Positions 35,212 through 48,123 are shown, numbered from the stretch's first letter. The stretch is DNA of 64,000 bases from Eukaryota sp. TZLM1-RC (GCA_040285825.1 JAUPSS010000002.1:2666001-2730000); one strand, 5' to 3'. Numbers and translations are program-made. Notes: generated from the sequence alone by a model not told the origin.

Positions 35212-35693
35212 ACGTCTTTATTTGTTGTGTACATAATAACTTTATTAAATAAAGAATATCGGTTTTTGATTGCTTTTTAATTTCCCTCAATCATTTCTTT
35301 TCCTTTTTAGTTTTGGCTTTCACAAAATCTTGTGTCAAATTTTTTTCCTCATCCTGTAGCATTTGAGCATTTCTCCATTTTTTCAGAGCCTTTGAAAAAC
35401 CTTTTTTGTAAGTACTAAACTTGATCACTAAAAGTAATTTGGAGTGATGTAAGATTGGACAATTAATGATCTTGTAAAGATCACTGCTTTATATTCTTAA
35501 ATCTTTGTGAATGTAAATCATTTTATTTATTAAATAATTAAAATTCTATAAATCAAACAATGTGCAGCTTAAACCAGTAATTAACACTGTGAGGACCAAT
35601 CTTGATGATGGAGTATCAATTCAACTCTAATGTAAGTACTAATTTGAAGGAACATAATTCTTCCCTGCACTAAAAACCGAGTTTGATTGCACA

Positions 35694-36476
35694 ATGAGTT
35701 CAACTCCTCCACTGAAACAGGTACGGTCTGATCAGTCAGAGTCTTCCAGTGTTATCTCTTCAACAACTCCCCCACTAGATGCCTCCGATACTGTTATTTA
35801 CGATCCTACACGAGCTGATGCTGACGTACCGATTATAGTAGATGCAAGCTCTCAAGAACCGTTGCTTAATTCAGGTGGACATCCACTGCAACAACCATTA
35901 CCATTAACTCTTCGTAAACGCAAAGCGTCTTCAAGAACAATACCACCAAAAGAGGATGTTCAAACAAAGCCACAAACAAAGCCAAAAACTCCATCATCGA
36001 CATCCACAATAACTACCCCAAAGGCTCCAACAAAATCCAGAGGGAAGAGCTCAACTGGTAAACGAGAAGGTCTTGAAGAAACCACACAAAGAATCCTTCG
36101 CTTGGCCCAGGTCAAAGGTTCAGTGCTTTTCAAAGATCTACATAATATTTTGGATATTGATTATCGTCGTGCTTATGATATCCTCAACATTCTACAAACT
36201 ACCCCTCTCATCCATAAAGGAAGCACCAAGGTAGATGGACAGTATCCTTTTACTTGGTGTGAAGGAACACCTTTACCAGAAGCAATAGAGATTGACACGT
36301 TAAATGATGATTTGACTAACTTAAACACCTCATTACACAATTCATTGATCAGGTGTCATCGAATGGAATTACTATTGGCTAATGGTGAAGATTGCGATTT
36401 GGAAGGTTTGTTTACGGAATTTTTGGATGAGGAGCTTCCATCTGAATTACAAGAGTTGTATACATCTTTAATTTAA
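35694..36476 (+). CDS. E2F/DP-family winged-helix transcription factor
   Basis: GLEETTQRIL...RRAYDILNIL....LIHK...FTW (RRxYD signature). Confidence 0.75.
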   Translation: MSSTPPLKQVRSDQSESSSVISSTTPPLDASDTVIYDPTRADADVPIIVDASSQEPLLNSGGHPLQQPLPLTLRKRKASSRTIPPKEDVQTKPQTKPKTPSSTSTITTPKAPTKSRGKSSTGKREGLEETTQRILRLAQVKGSVLFKDLHNILDIDYRRAYDILNILQTTPLIHKGSTKVDGQYPFTWCEGTPLPEAIEIDTLNDDLTNLNTSLHNSLIRCHRMELLLANGEDCDLEGLFTEFLDEELPSELQELYTSLI

Positions 36477-36896
36477 CTTTTCTGTATTGTATTTATTATT
36501 TTCTTTGTTATCTCTTGTATTTTTTTCTCTTTTTATTTCTTTATCTATGCTTTAACTATTTTGTTTTTGCATCTTTGATTATCCTCAGTTGCTAAACAAA
36601 AGCTCTTGATCAAATACAATTGATGAATTCAAAGTTTGTGATAACACTGCTTCAAACATCCCAAAAACCATTATTATCTTTTAAAAGAGAATTGTTTTAT
36701 TAATACTTCACTAATCGATCTCATTATTGATTGGCGCAAGCTACAAATAATTAATTAACAATTAGTCTTGTGGTTGCTAACTTGAAAATTAAATTTATCG
36801 AAGTTGGCTCAATAAATTCATAATGGACAATTCTACTACATGAGGTTACCAAATCTCATTACACTAAAAGCAGTCATGCTTTTTTTGAAGTTTTAG

Positions 36897-37399
36897 GATT
36901 TATTCCAAGAATGCAAACAAGATTACTATAAACAACAACAATGCAAAGCAATATTCTAGATAAGTGATCACTGACAAAATGAAGGTAGATTCTCACTATT
37001 TACGGGTTAATGAGCACGTACATTGTGAAACTCAGTAATACTTAAAAGTATTGAGTTAAAATAACGTGGTAGAGCCTTAAAGAGTGAGAAAACAATTCTG
37101 TTCTTCCAAATAAGTTGATCAAAAGAACGTCCTGAGTCTTTTAAGAAACTGCCTAAATCATTCAAGAAAGATAGTCCTTCCCTGCCTAAAGTACCAAAAA
37201 TAGAAATTCCAATTGGAACAAAAACAATGTTTCTGCCACGTTGTTTGTTCAAACGTACAAGTAAATCATTATACTTCGAGTGCTTGCTCCTTTCCGCATT
37301 CTTGAGGGTTGATTCAATGTCCGAAGACGAAGACAACTTCCAAGGAGAAACAGTTGTACAATCAATAATTAATTCCTGGCCGCTACGCCAAGCACATTG
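36897..37399 (-). mobile_element. 5'-truncated RLE non-LTR retrotransposon, family 1
   Basis: Near-identical to 1244-1745. Confidence 0.85.
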
Positions 37400-37439
37400 C
37401 TTTTTTTTGCAAACTTTTGAAATTTATTTTCAACGCTAA

Positions 37440-38255
37440 CAAAACATTAAACAAAAAACTAGAACTCAATATCCTCAATACACGCATCAACATCATCAAA
37501 TCTTTTTAGCGCGCGATTTTCATACTCTTTGCCTAATTGTAACAGTGCTTTGGTCAACATTTCTGGAATTGCTTTAAGAATACTGAAAACAATTCTATTG
37601 TGCCAGAAATTGAAATTCAATTCTTTTCCTGCTCTTTCTTTTATTAAACTTCTGAAACCTTCAAGAAATTTAATGCCAGATATTCCAATGTTACCAAAAA
37701 GAGAAACAGCAAATGGAACCAACTGATACTTGACATGCTCAACACGTCCTAGCTGAGATAAGGGTTCATTGTACTTTTTGATTTTGCTCTTTTCAGCAAA
37801 GCAAAGTGGAGTTTCATCTCTTTTAGCAAAATCAATTGCTGAGTCTTTACAAACATCAACAGTAACAACATCAACAACTTTAATAACACCATCAGACGCA
37901 GGGGTAATTAAATCAGCACGGCGTTTCCCAAAAGTATTTTCATCTTCATTTTCAGATGACAACCTTCGCACAAGTGGTTCAACAAAAGCTTCAATGTGAT
38001 GGCTTTTGCACATAGCGTATAGTTGGTCTCTAACAGCATCGTGAACAACTGAGCGATATGTAATATTAAATTTGCAATTAAATAAATGATTCAGATTAAT
38101 GAGCTGACCACAACGACAAATCAAATCATTTGGCACACTACATGGCCACAGAAAACACCTCATCCTGAAGGCAGTTGTCCATTGATGATCATTTAATAAT
38201 AGACCATATACATTTGGCAGTCATGCAGTCACGCTTGGAACATGACTCTTCAATA
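37440..38255 (-). mobile_element. 5'-truncated RLE non-LTR retrotransposon, family 2
   Basis: CRCG..HLFNC, HDAVRD, RRADL, VVDVVTVD, KIKKY. Confidence 0.85.
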
Positions 38256-38602
38256 TTTAATTGACTTCACTTTTCTCAGTTTTTCTATTTATTTCGATTT
38301 TCACCTCACTTTAATCACACAATCAGCAATTTACAATATTTTGATCAGAATATAGAAAACACTGTACCTGGCGATTCTAAGGTCTTAAAGTGTGTCTCAT
38401 TAGACACACATCTTTCAACTTTTTTTCACTTTTTTCAATGTTGTGTGACCATGGGGTTTGAGACAGTGTAATCAATGCAAAACCTTCGGGATTCGAGATA
38501 CTAATTCTGCTCAATAATCTGATGTTGGCTGAAGACATTCTGGATGGAAACAGGTGGAAGAGAGAGATCAGAGGTGTTTAAGAGACAACACCCAAGCCTG
38601 GT

Positions 38603-38776
38603 TTGAGACAACAGTCTCAAACCAATGTTATTGAACCCACTGATGAAAGCCTGAAAGATGTTGATAAGGATTCTGGAGGTGCTGGTATACCTATGAGTCC
38701 GATTCAAGAACCTGATCTCAATACATTATCACGAGTAGCGAATGCGAAAGTCGAGAAACAATGTATATTAACTCAA
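38603..38776 (+). repeat. Dispersed repeat G; second copy at about 49612-49772; possibly gag-derived
   Basis: Shared CAGTCTCAAACCAA...GGTGCTGGTATACCTATGAGTCCGAT...CCTGATCTCAATACATTATCAC...AACAATGTATA. Confidence 0.7.
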
Positions 38777-38999
38777 TTTATTGAATTTGCACACTTGATT
38801 AAATTAAATCATAACTAATGGGACGACTATCATTAAACCAAGATTTCCTCTACAAAATCTTGATTTGCTTGCTGTCTAGCTAAAGCTTCTCTAATTCGAT
38901 TGAAAAACCGCGGTAATCTATTAATAATGGCAAATTGAATCCGAGAACGCCATAAAAAAATATCAAATCTTTTCATTGTTTTTTCTTTCACCATTTTTT
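38777..38999 (-). mobile_element. Extreme 3' fragment of RLE retrotransposon family 3
   Basis: Reverse complement of 41764-41987; 14-bp TSD GTATATTAACT(C/T)AA at 38763-38776 and 39000-39013. Confidence 0.85.
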
Positions 39000-39017
39000 G
39001 TATATTAACTTAAACTA

Positions 39018-40818
39018 CTGTGAATTTCACTTATCATGCATTCCCCTGTGAAATTCACTCCTGTTTTCAACTCCCTCAGTGTCTACTCACAGGCTGTAAG
39101 AGACATGTAGCATCATTTGACAAAGACAATCATGATCTTCATCAATGGGCTACCTCACTTAAATACACCTACTGCTTTCACAGAACAAAGCCTCGCGACT
39201 TGATGTATCTAAGTGGATCTACCAAATTCTACTAAGGCATTTGTAGATCGGTCTCAAAAGTTTTTGTTTCTGTATGCTCAGGTTCCCCATTCATCTTCTC
39301 AACAGAGCTTCTGGGCAAATGTATCTTTCCGGCCACAATTCCGCTTTCTTCTTAATTTGAATATTTTTTGCAGCGGAAATATCTCTGTCATATACTATTT
39401 GACACTCAGTACAAATACGCATCTGCCATGATCCTGCTTGAATATTCTCGGCCATGCAACAACTTGACATTTTGCTTGTATTAAATTCACTGGTTGACAA
39501 GTGCTTCACGTCCTTTTGATAACACAACCATTTTCTGAAAGCCCTTGCTGATCCATATTGATTGGCCTTTCGGCAATGAGAAGGGAAATTAGCAGAACCC
39601 ACAGCAAGATAGAGTTTTTCAGGATGTCCAGCCAGCCTTTGAAATTTGTTGAGACTCTCTCTGAACCGTCTCTCTTTTCGTCTGCGGTTATCAAATTTAA
39701 TTATTTTCCATTTCTGGCGATTACTTTCCAAATACACTTTCCTCCTGACCAAATTCCAATGGTTCAAATATTGGTTGAAATTTTGAACGGAATATTGGTT
39801 GGGAGAGTGTTTACTGGGTGAAGGTTTTGTCATGTATCTTCTGCCAGTTGGACAAGGGATAACTCCACATTGATTATCATTTAAGAAGTAACCACATAAT
39901 CTTGATTGGCCAAGATCAACGCCGATAAGGGGGCTTTCAGGTAAAATTTCGACTGGATGTCTACGTCTTCGACGGGGCATTTTTTTAGTACCCTTCAACT
40001 GTGTTTCTCTGGTTTTGTTGGCATTAGGGTCACTTTTCATTTCATTTTTTGATCTTCTTTTCTTTTTCGGTGGTTCATCCAGCTCATCTGTGTTTTCTGA
40101 TTCATTATTTTTACCTTCAAAGGTCAAAAGCAGTTCATTACCATTAGTTTTCAATAAAATTTTGTTAAATCTATTTTTCAAACTTTTTCTGTTGATATTG
40201 AATTTTTGATAAGGACATTGTTTGAATATTCGTTTCAGACATGTATTTTTGATAAACTTTGTTTTGGAAGATGATCCTTCAATAATTGGAAATTTTTTCA
40301 CAGAGTGGAAAACCTCAATAAATTTAGAACCTTTATGAGAAGCTAAAGGTATTATTCTAAATTTCTTCCAGCAATGCATATGAGAAAAGAAAGTGAGTAA
40401 GTATTGTCAAATTTTAAGATTGAAGAGAAAAAGCTCACCAATTTCCTTTGATGAAAAAGTGATTTTATCATGTGAGGACAGTAGGGAGGCAGTGGTAGGA
40501 AATCTTTGGAGGAGATTCAAGATAAACCTACATGCATTCAATAAAAAAAATCTTTCTCTTGAATTATTCAAATTGAAATTGATGAGGTATTCAAGAACAG
40601 AATCAACTACTACTTCCTCGGGTTGGGCTAGTAGTTCATCTGGCAAAAGTGAAAGAATATTATTTGCAAAGACATTTGTTTTATTCAGGGCTCTACAATG
40701 AGCACGAATAAAGTGTTTTGTCCAGGATTGACAAATTTTGGGTAAACTTGTCTTCACGTTGGAGGCCAATTGACGAGCCCGACAAGCAAGGTAAGGAGAA
40801 AGCCCTTTTCTATTGATA
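39018..40818 (-). mobile_element. Fanzor element C, copy 2, 5'-truncated; TCA>TGA stop and 12-nt deletion
   Basis: Near-identical to 32239-34050; ORFs 39291..40379 and 40407..40769. Confidence 0.9.
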
Positions 40819-41988
40819 TGTGCTCGTGTGCTTTTTTTGGTGGATGCAGAAATGCAATCTTTGAGTTTTCCGAAAGATTTGCAGATTGGGAAGATTTATT
40901 GATGACAACGCAAAGTTCCACTGTTTTTGCATTAAATGAAGAAATTTCAAGAATTGATGTAGAAAAATGGGGTCGATGTTTTCCCCAATCATTCAATGGC
41001 AATATTCCAGAAAAAAATGTTTTAAATTTGAAGTACACTCTTCGAACATTACAGAAACGACTGACTGGAATGTATGAAAAAGATCTTTATAATAATATTT
41101 GCAGCTCGGCTGTTTTAAATCAAGATCTTCACTCATTATTATTGGAAAAGGGTGTTTGTGAAAACAAGGCGTCAGATTCTTCACTTTTTGTAACCATTGT
41201 ACCACGAAGATTTGGATTGTGTGCCACTAATGAAGCATTTGTAACAAAAATGATATATTTGAACATTCCCATTAACCAATTATTATCAAAAGAAAAATGT
41301 ATTTGTTCGAATTCACCTCAACTCACTTTGCGCCATGCTCTAAATTGCTCTAAATTGATAACTTATCGTTCTTCATTACATGATGCTGTTAGAGACACTG
41401 TTTTCAATATGGCACAAACTGCAAGGATATCGTGTATCAAAGAGCCCCTGCTGAAGGAAACACTTTCTCTGAATAATTTTGGTTCTGATGATAGAGGTGA
41501 TGTATACTGTGATTGGATTGATAATTCTGAAGCTATTGTTGACTTTGTCTCATGTAATGTTGCAAACGATACTTTGGTTCACAGAAGAAAACTTAATCCT
41601 GTGGCTGCTCTGGATTTTTAAAGCAAAAGAAAAACATAGAAAATATGATAAAGAAATTGAAGATGCAAATGTCGATAGAAATACACAGCTGGTTTTTATT
41701 GCTTTCCCATTTTCGATAAATGGAAGATTATCAGTTGAAGCAGAAACTTTTTTGGATGACTTCCAAAAAATGGTGAAAGAAAAAACAATGAAAAGATTTG
41801 ATATTTTTTTATGGCGTTCACGGATTCAATTTGCCATTATTAATAGATTACCGCGGTTTTTCAATCGAATTAGAGAAGCTTTAGCTAGACAGCAAGCAAA
41901 TCAAGATTTTGTAGAGGAAATCTTGGTTCAATGATAGTCGTCCCATTAGTTATGATTTAATTTAATCAAGTGTGCAAATTCAATAAAT
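40819..41988 (+). mobile_element. 5'-truncated RLE non-LTR retrotransposon, family 3
   Basis: AFFGG, CICS..HALNC, HDAVRD, RGDV; 3' end AATAAA. Confidence 0.88.
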
Positions 41989-42049
41989 ACGATAACCTAA
42001 AATTCAACCACAATCAAAAGATTATTTAATCTACACAAGGAAGTACACA

Positions 42050-44479
42050 ATGTACATTCAGCAGGGACATCACTATCCTGCTCTTGAGGACAACTCTCCA
42101 ATTGTCAAGGTTTTTACCCATCTCAGTGACACTTACTGTTGCTCTACTACATCTGTTGTCTGCTTGACGACCAATAATGTTCTCTTTTCCACCACTGAAT
42201 CCACTATTACTTCTGCAGATTACACTTTCTCATCATCCAATTCTGTGCTACATGGACTACTTCTACTAGGACGTTCTGATGGCTCGCTCGTCATCTTTCC
42301 CCTCTCTCCACAATCCCTACATCGTGACCATTCGCCCTCCAAAACCTCCACATTCCGCCAACGTATCCTTACCAAGATCCATCAAGGGGCCATAACATCC
42401 CTCTCTTTCGCTCCAGACGGTCTCTCCTTCATTACAGGAGGAGAAGACGGTCATGTCAAGCTATGGTCCAGGAACGGAGACCCTCGTAGCACCATCCTCT
42501 CTCTCAGTTTTCCAGTCCAGAGTCTTTGTTTTTCACCTTTTGATCCCACTCTTTTCGCTGTTGCTGACAAAGTTTACGTTACAGTCAAATCATTAAAGAA
42601 TTCAAGGGTGACACTAGTTCGTAACACCAAGTCTCAATCCGAAACCACGTTTGTCGCTCATAAATCTCACGTGACGGTCGTGAAATTTCATCCCATTCTG
42701 AACCTTTTAATCACCATTGGCGGAGACCATTTAGTCAATTATTTTGATCTTTCAGGGAAACTCCTTTCCTCTGCATCTCTCCCCAGCTCTCTTCCTCCAC
42801 CTTCCTCTCTCTGCATCTCTCCTTGTGGGGAGTACGTTGGGGTTGGTGGGTTCGAGTATATAGCCTTTCTTGATAGTTGTGGAGGTTTGATTGATGTGGT
42901 TTCGGGGTTTGTAACCCAGTCACGTGATGTGACGTCATTGGGGTCGGTTGATGACGTATTTTTTGATTGTTTGAGCTCGTTTACGTGGAGATTGATTGGA
43001 GGAGGGTTTAGCGGTGAAGTTGTTGAATGTGAATTGCTTGGATTACGGAAGGTGGGTGATCACTGTGAACTGGCAATGAGTCAATCAAATTTGATTGAAG
43101 TCAGTGATCTGTTTTCTGATAAGGATGGTAAAATTACTTCACAAAATTCAAAATTCAAATATTTCAATGTTTTTCAAAACAAGATTCTAACAGTTACACG
43201 GGATGATGTCATTATGATCTACAATTATGACCGTCAATCAGTTTCCCAGCCAACTATTTTAACTAGCAGTTACTTTGCTTTTTCTGGGCTGCTATTCTCT
43301 TTTTCTTCTTTATTTACTTGTATTTTGTTTCCAGACGGCTTACTCAAAGTTTTTGACCTGATGACGTCATCAAAGTCGTTTGAAGTCAAGGCTTTTTCGG
43401 GGGCTTCTAGTAATACATCAGGAAAGAGTATTTTGACTATTTCTGATTCTTTAGTTGCCGTTGTTGACCCTCATGATTGCCAATCAATCAAAGTGTTCGA
43501 CCTATCCAGTAGAAATGTCAAACCTTCAATATTTCGTCATTCAAGTCCCATTTCACAAGTCAGGATCAGTCCGTTGACTTCCAAAGACCATCATCCTGCT
43601 TTCCTCCCTTTGATTTGTTTTACTGATTCTACAAGAAGTCTGTTTGCATATGGCTTAAATGCTCAGAATGATGTAATCAAGCTGGGAAACAGAGTTGCTT
43701 CGTTTGAATTTCACACCGAATTTCCTATTCTAGCAGCTGTCGTTGATGACGATAAGGTGGTTTATTACCCGTATCCCAATCTTTATTTGATTGATGATAA
43801 GTTGATTAATCATGGTTTTTGTGATTTAAAAATTACCAATAATATAATTTCACCATTAATCACTAATTTTAACATGAATGGATTACATCTGAGGCTCTGT
43901 CAATCAAATGACGTGATTGATTACGTGGCACCCCCTCCTGATGACGTTTTCTCTCTCATTCAATCAATTCTTCAATCAAACTGGCCTGGATGCGTTCGTC
44001 TTTGTTCCTTGATTAATGAGTCATATTTATGGGCTTCTTTAGCATCTATATGTGTCACGCAAGGAAAGCTTTCTGTTGCTGAAATAGCATATTCTAATCT
44101 AAAGCTGTTTGATAGAGTTTACTTCCTGAAAAAGATTAGATCCCTGAACAGTTCTGAAGCGCGGAAAGCCGAGCTCTTTTTATTCAGAAAAAGACCCGAA
44201 AAGGCGGAAAAAGTTTTATTATCAGCTGGTCTTAAATTTAGGGCCATAGAAATGCACATGAGAATTGGATCATGGGAGAGAGCTCTGGAGTTGGCTGTGT
44301 CACTGAAGAGTCACGTTGATACAGTTTTGGGTTTTAGAAAACGATATCTTGAACAATTAAACATGCAAGAGACGAGCGAGAAATTTATGGAATTTAATGG
44401 TAAAGTTAATATTGATTTCACTTTGATTGAAGAGAAAGTTCGGAATGAAAAGGAAAAGGAAAAAGAACAATTAAATTAG
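42050..44479 (+). CDS. IFT80: Intraflagellar transport protein 80 (WD40)
   Basis: TGGEDGHVKLWSRNG; LWASLA...AEIAYS; AE..LL.AGL.FRAI; WERALELA....HVDTVLGFR.RYL. Confidence 0.92.
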   Translation: MYIQQGHHYPALEDNSPIVKVFTHLSDTYCCSTTSVVCLTTNNVLFSTTESTITSADYTFSSSNSVLHGLLLLGRSDGSLVIFPLSPQSLHRDHSPSKTSTFRQRILTKIHQGAITSLSFAPDGLSFITGGEDGHVKLWSRNGDPRSTILSLSFPVQSLCFSPFDPTLFAVADKVYVTVKSLKNSRVTLVRNTKSQSETTFVAHKSHVTVVKFHPILNLLITIGGDHLVNYFDLSGKLLSSASLPSSLPPPSSLCISPCGEYVGVGGFEYIAFLDSCGGLIDVVSGFVTQSRDVTSLGSVDDVFFDCLSSFTWRLIGGGFSGEVVECELLGLRKVGDHCELAMSQSNLIEVSDLFSDKDGKITSQNSKFKYFNVFQNKILTVTRDDVIMIYNYDRQSVSQPTILTSSYFAFSGLLFSFSSLFTCILFPDGLLKVFDLMTSSKSFEVKAFSGASSNTSGKSILTISDSLVAVVDPHDCQSIKVFDLSSRNVKPSIFRHSSPISQVRISPLTSKDHHPAFLPLICFTDSTRSLFAYGLNAQNDVIKLGNRVASFEFHTEFPILAAVVDDDKVVYYPYPNLYLIDDKLINHGFCDLKITNNIISPLITNFNMNGLHLRLCQSNDVIDYVAPPPDDVFSLIQSILQSNWPGCVRLCSLINESYLWASLASICVTQGKLSVAEIAYSNLKLFDRVYFLKKIRSLNSSEARKAELFLFRKRPEKAEKVLLSAGLKFRAIEMHMRIGSWERALELAVSLKSHVDTVLGFRKRYLEQLNMQETSEKFMEFNGKVNIDFTLIEEKVRNEKEKEKEQLN

Positions 44480-45619
44480 GTGTTTTTCATAATTAATAAT
44501 GATTTGTATATTATTTTGGAGTTGTTAACGTTAATACACTTGGATTGCTATTTTTGAAACTTTTTTTTGAAATTTTACATTTTATATCTTTGTTTTTGCT
44601 ATTTGAATTTCCTTTTTTTGTCAAGAAAAATAATTTTGAAAACTATTAATTATTTATAAAAAAGAGCGAAAAAAATTCCAGTGTTTTAAATTCTTTTTTG
44701 AATAGTTACATAACAAGTCCACTCCGGCATTTCTTTAACATTTAGTTTTCTTAAAACATTAGCTTTATCATAAAACGTACTTTTCAAGACTAAAATGATC
44801 AGTTTATTCCTTATAAAAACTCCTATCGAGTGTTCCTGACACCATTGTGAGAAGGAATATAAAAATTCTAGGGAAATTGGATTAAAGTACAGTTCTGAAG
44901 AGCAAATGGTTTCTCAATTTTTGAATAATATCATCTGATAATGACGATTTGATTTTGATTGTCAACAAAATTCAACTTTAGCTTCTACAGCTTCTCAAAA
45001 TCAAGAGAATTTAAATTTTATTTGATCAAATCAGTAGTAAATAACAAGATCAACATTGAAGTCCATTTCCATTTCATGACAAGCAATCCAAACCCAAATA
45101 AAAAAAATAAGGCCTCTTCGTCCTTTGTTATCTTGATAGAATGAGTTATAGAAAAGTACAACTTCTTCAGTATTATTTTTTGAACATTTTTTTACATCAA
45201 TCACAAAGGCTATCGTCGAGAATTTATCGATAATTTAAAGAATTGGGACTAATTAACTATGTGGGGAAATTCACCACTGGAGTAAGTTTATGAATACATA
45301 TGGTATCATAAAGAAGCCGAAAAGGCGTTGAGTTATTTGATTGTTTTAATTTTTTAAAAGTCTATTTTCAATGTTATAGTGATAATTTATTCACAGAGTC
45401 CCACACAAGGTGGAGCCATATTTTTGCCTAACGAAAGAAGAGAACAATTTTCTATTCAGTTCAGATCTAAGAGAAAGAAAAGGTAGTGTTGTGGACAATT
45501 AGTCTAGCAAATACTTCACTAGTGATGGCCTTTATAAGGACCAGTGAATTTAACATTAAACTATTATAAACTAAACATCTAAATAAACTAGATGTAACTA
45601 AACCTAGCCAAGGCTAACA

Positions 45620-45770
45620 ATATTTGGTCCCTGACATTATTATGCACTTTGCTTCTAAATGTAATAAAATGTTTACAGTTCGCAAGATGAGTAAACAGAA
45701 GAGGTTTACCACATTTACAAGTGAAATGATTGGACAAATTGTTTGGCCATAGAGAACAACGAATTGAAAT
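45620..45770 (-). mobile_element. Small RLE retrotransposon family 2 fragment
   Basis: CKCGK...HLANCKHFITFRSKVHNNVRDQ. Confidence 0.65.
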
Positions 45771-46299
45771 TAATGAAATAAAAAATATTGCCAACTTTCC
45801 AAATACAAATATGAATTTTGGAAAAAAACTAAATTCTATGGGAAATAAGAGTCAACTAAGTTGTAGCAAATCCTGAATTATGTATGGTTTTACGTGACTT
45901 GGTTAGTTGATGAGGCAGATATGACAAAGGTCTCCAACATCAAATTTTCCCTGCACCTGATTCTATTTTAGAAACTGGTTGATAATTCCGAACAATTTTT
46001 TAAAAAGCATAAGGATTTAATTTTGAGAATCATGGAGGTTTGTTGCATTAATCTATGTGACTCTAACAACAAAAAAGACGCAGCTTTAAACAGTACAAAA
46101 GGTGGAGAAATGCCTCACCTGAAGCTGCTGCCACAGCTCTTGAAATCCAAAGACAAAATGGTTTCCCGGCATAAGCAAAAGGTGAGGTGCAAAGAAGGCC
46201 AAAACGAACACTGTTTCTGAGTCATTAAAATCAGATTATGGAAAACAATATAAAATCCATAAAACAGAAGACTTTACAATTATAGTAGGGTTCAAGGGT

Positions 46300-46360
46300 A
46301 AAAATTAGAAATAAAATTAGAAAATAATTAGAAAATAATTAGAAAATTAATTAGAAAATA
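46300..46360. repeat. AT-rich tandem repeat, about 11-bp unit AATTAGAAAAT, about 5 copies
   Basis: Directly visible in the sequence. Confidence 0.8.
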
Positions 46361-46579
46361 CCCGTGACGGTCGACAAGACTTTGGTTCGAGACCAGATGT
46401 AGGAATAAAGACCAACACTAGGTTAAATGCTATTTTTGGTCGGGAAAATCAAATCATTGGTTTTCAAGTTCTGGTTTCAGGATGTGAAGATCCTGAAGTT
46501 ATACAACTTGCAGCACACAAGGAATTAAAAGATTTTCCCAAGCTTTAGAAGCTTGATTTTTGTTATTGTTAGTTTTTGT

Positions 46580-47030
46580 TTAAATTTGCTTCAATAAAAA
46601 CAAAGCATTGATAAATTCTTGATTAGTCATCATTGAACCAAAAGTGCCAGCATATACATCAGATGGCAGGGCTGCAGAGAGTGGGTGTGTAGTAAAAAGT
46701 TCCGATGAGAATAGACGATGAGTAATGTCGAGACTATCAGAGAGAGGAATCAGCATGACATTGAAGAGAGCGTATGCGCCGTAGCCTAAAATGAGAGTGA
46801 CAACAGTATCAGCAAATAAAAGAAATGAAAGAAAGATCGTAGCAGGAGTAACACAATAGAGAAGTACTTTGTTGGCAGATTTGTTCTTGTCGGCCAGAAA
46901 ACCAGCTGGTATGGTAAGGATGGAAGACAATGGTCCCAGCAGGATGGCAATGCTCATTTGGAAACCAGTGAGGTTGAATGAACTGAGAAACACTGCACTA
47001 ATAGGGATGAGGATACCTTGGGCAGCATAA
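46580..47030 (-). pseudogene. Truncated MFS transporter fragment
   Basis: GFLADK motif with flanking hydrophobic helices; IPLSDS; too short for a full MFS. Confidence 0.5.
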
Positions 47031-47339
47031 TATATAGAGTAGAAAGGTCTGATACCCAGTTTGTTGATCCAGATGTTGTTTAAAAGATAAATATCGATGG
47101 ATGACCCTTGACAAATGTGTGGAAAAAATGCAAAAAAACAAGAATAACTTAAATAGAATTCTCAAACAATAAGCTTTAGAAAAATCCGATACCGCCAAAA
47201 TTGATTGTAAACGAGTGACATCGAACTATGACAGTTGCGGTATCAATTAAATTCAAAGAAAATTTATTCCAAAAATGAGGAGAATTCTTGGGAGAAATTG
47301 ACCAAAAAATATGGGAAATCTTGCCATCAAACCCTGTTA

Positions 47340-47680
47340 ATGCAAATTCTCATGCCCAATATAATTTATGTCCCTTTGTTTTTTCTTTGCTTGGATCTCT
47401 AGGTAAGGCTGCTATGGGTTTCCTTGAAAATTTTGTTGTAGTTGTAAAGGAAAGAACTGAAAGAATTTTCAATCATGTTTACTGGCAAAACAGGATTGTA
47501 TTTTCTCTTTTTAAGGGAATGGTAAAAATTATATCTGATTCACTGTCTTCTTTTGGGAGATTTTCTAAATCTTTAGCAATTAATTGTTTTGATGTAGGGG
47601 ACGCAGGTTTTGAGGATGTGGAGTTTTAATTGTGTATTTTATGTTTTCATATTTGTTGTTGAGCAAAAATAATAAATTCG
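47340..47680 (+). mobile_element. 3' end of RLE retrotransposon family 2
   Basis: PFVFSLLGSLG..AMGFL, WQNRIVFSLFKG, FEDVEF*. Confidence 0.75.
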
Positions 47681-47818
47681 GTGCTCCAAGTTCTGGTTCA
47701 AATGTTTGTGTTTTAAATTGAAATTTTTCGGCAGTAATTGATTTTTTATATTTCATTACTTTCTTATTTTTTGGTATACACAAACTACTTTTTAAAATGT
47801 CGATAAGCTATAATAATG

Positions 47819-48049
47819 CTAATGCTGTTTTCCATGATCTCCTCCTGTACAAATTTGGCATGTGCATTGAGCTCCACATGCACACTTCTTAGACTTTGAA
47901 TGAATGCACTGTCCTTCCTGGGCACACGGACATCCAGAAGCCTGTTTGGCCATTCTGATTGTCCTACAATGATGACATTCACATTTTGGACCACAAAAAC
48001 ATTCTCCTCTACAATCACAACTGTTGGTACCGCAAATCGAACAAGGCAT
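47819..48049 (-). CDS. Metallothionein-like Cys/His-rich protein
   Basis: 76 aa with 17 Cys and 5 His; two CxCGxxCxCxxC modules. Confidence 0.8.
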   Translation of the reverse strand: MPCSICGTNSCDCRGECFCGPKCECHHCRTIRMAKQASGCPCAQEGQCIHSKSKKCACGAQCTCQICTGGDHGKQH

Positions 48050-48123
48050 GTCGTAAGTTGAGAAGCTGATAAATCTAAAAAAGGCAAACTATCTACAGTG
48101 AACCAAGATATCTACAGTATAGA

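Noticed and set aside
35660-35696. GCACTA 21 nt before the E2F-like ATG as a family-B terminus
   Set aside because: No Fanzor coding remnant or matching nested stems upstream; a hexamer match is expected by chance.
33833-39431. Duplicated small ORFs (MNFTYHAF..., MDLPN...) as accessory genes of element C
   Set aside because: They are antisense to the conserved right end, use non-ATG starts, and recur only because the copies are near-identical.
15396-41621. ORFs 15396..16256 and 40770..41621 as genuine fusion genes
   Set aside because: Their N-termini cross insertion junctions (16220/16221 and 40818/40819) and are chance read-ins.
38777-41988. Inverted retroelement ends around Fanzor C2 as the TIRs of a composite transposon
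   Set aside because: The left 223-bp copy has its own 14-bp TSD, so it is an independent insertion.
44500-46570. Long AT-rich intergenic stretch after IFT80
   Set aside because: Apart from one retro fragment and a tandem repeat I could not recognise any supportable feature.
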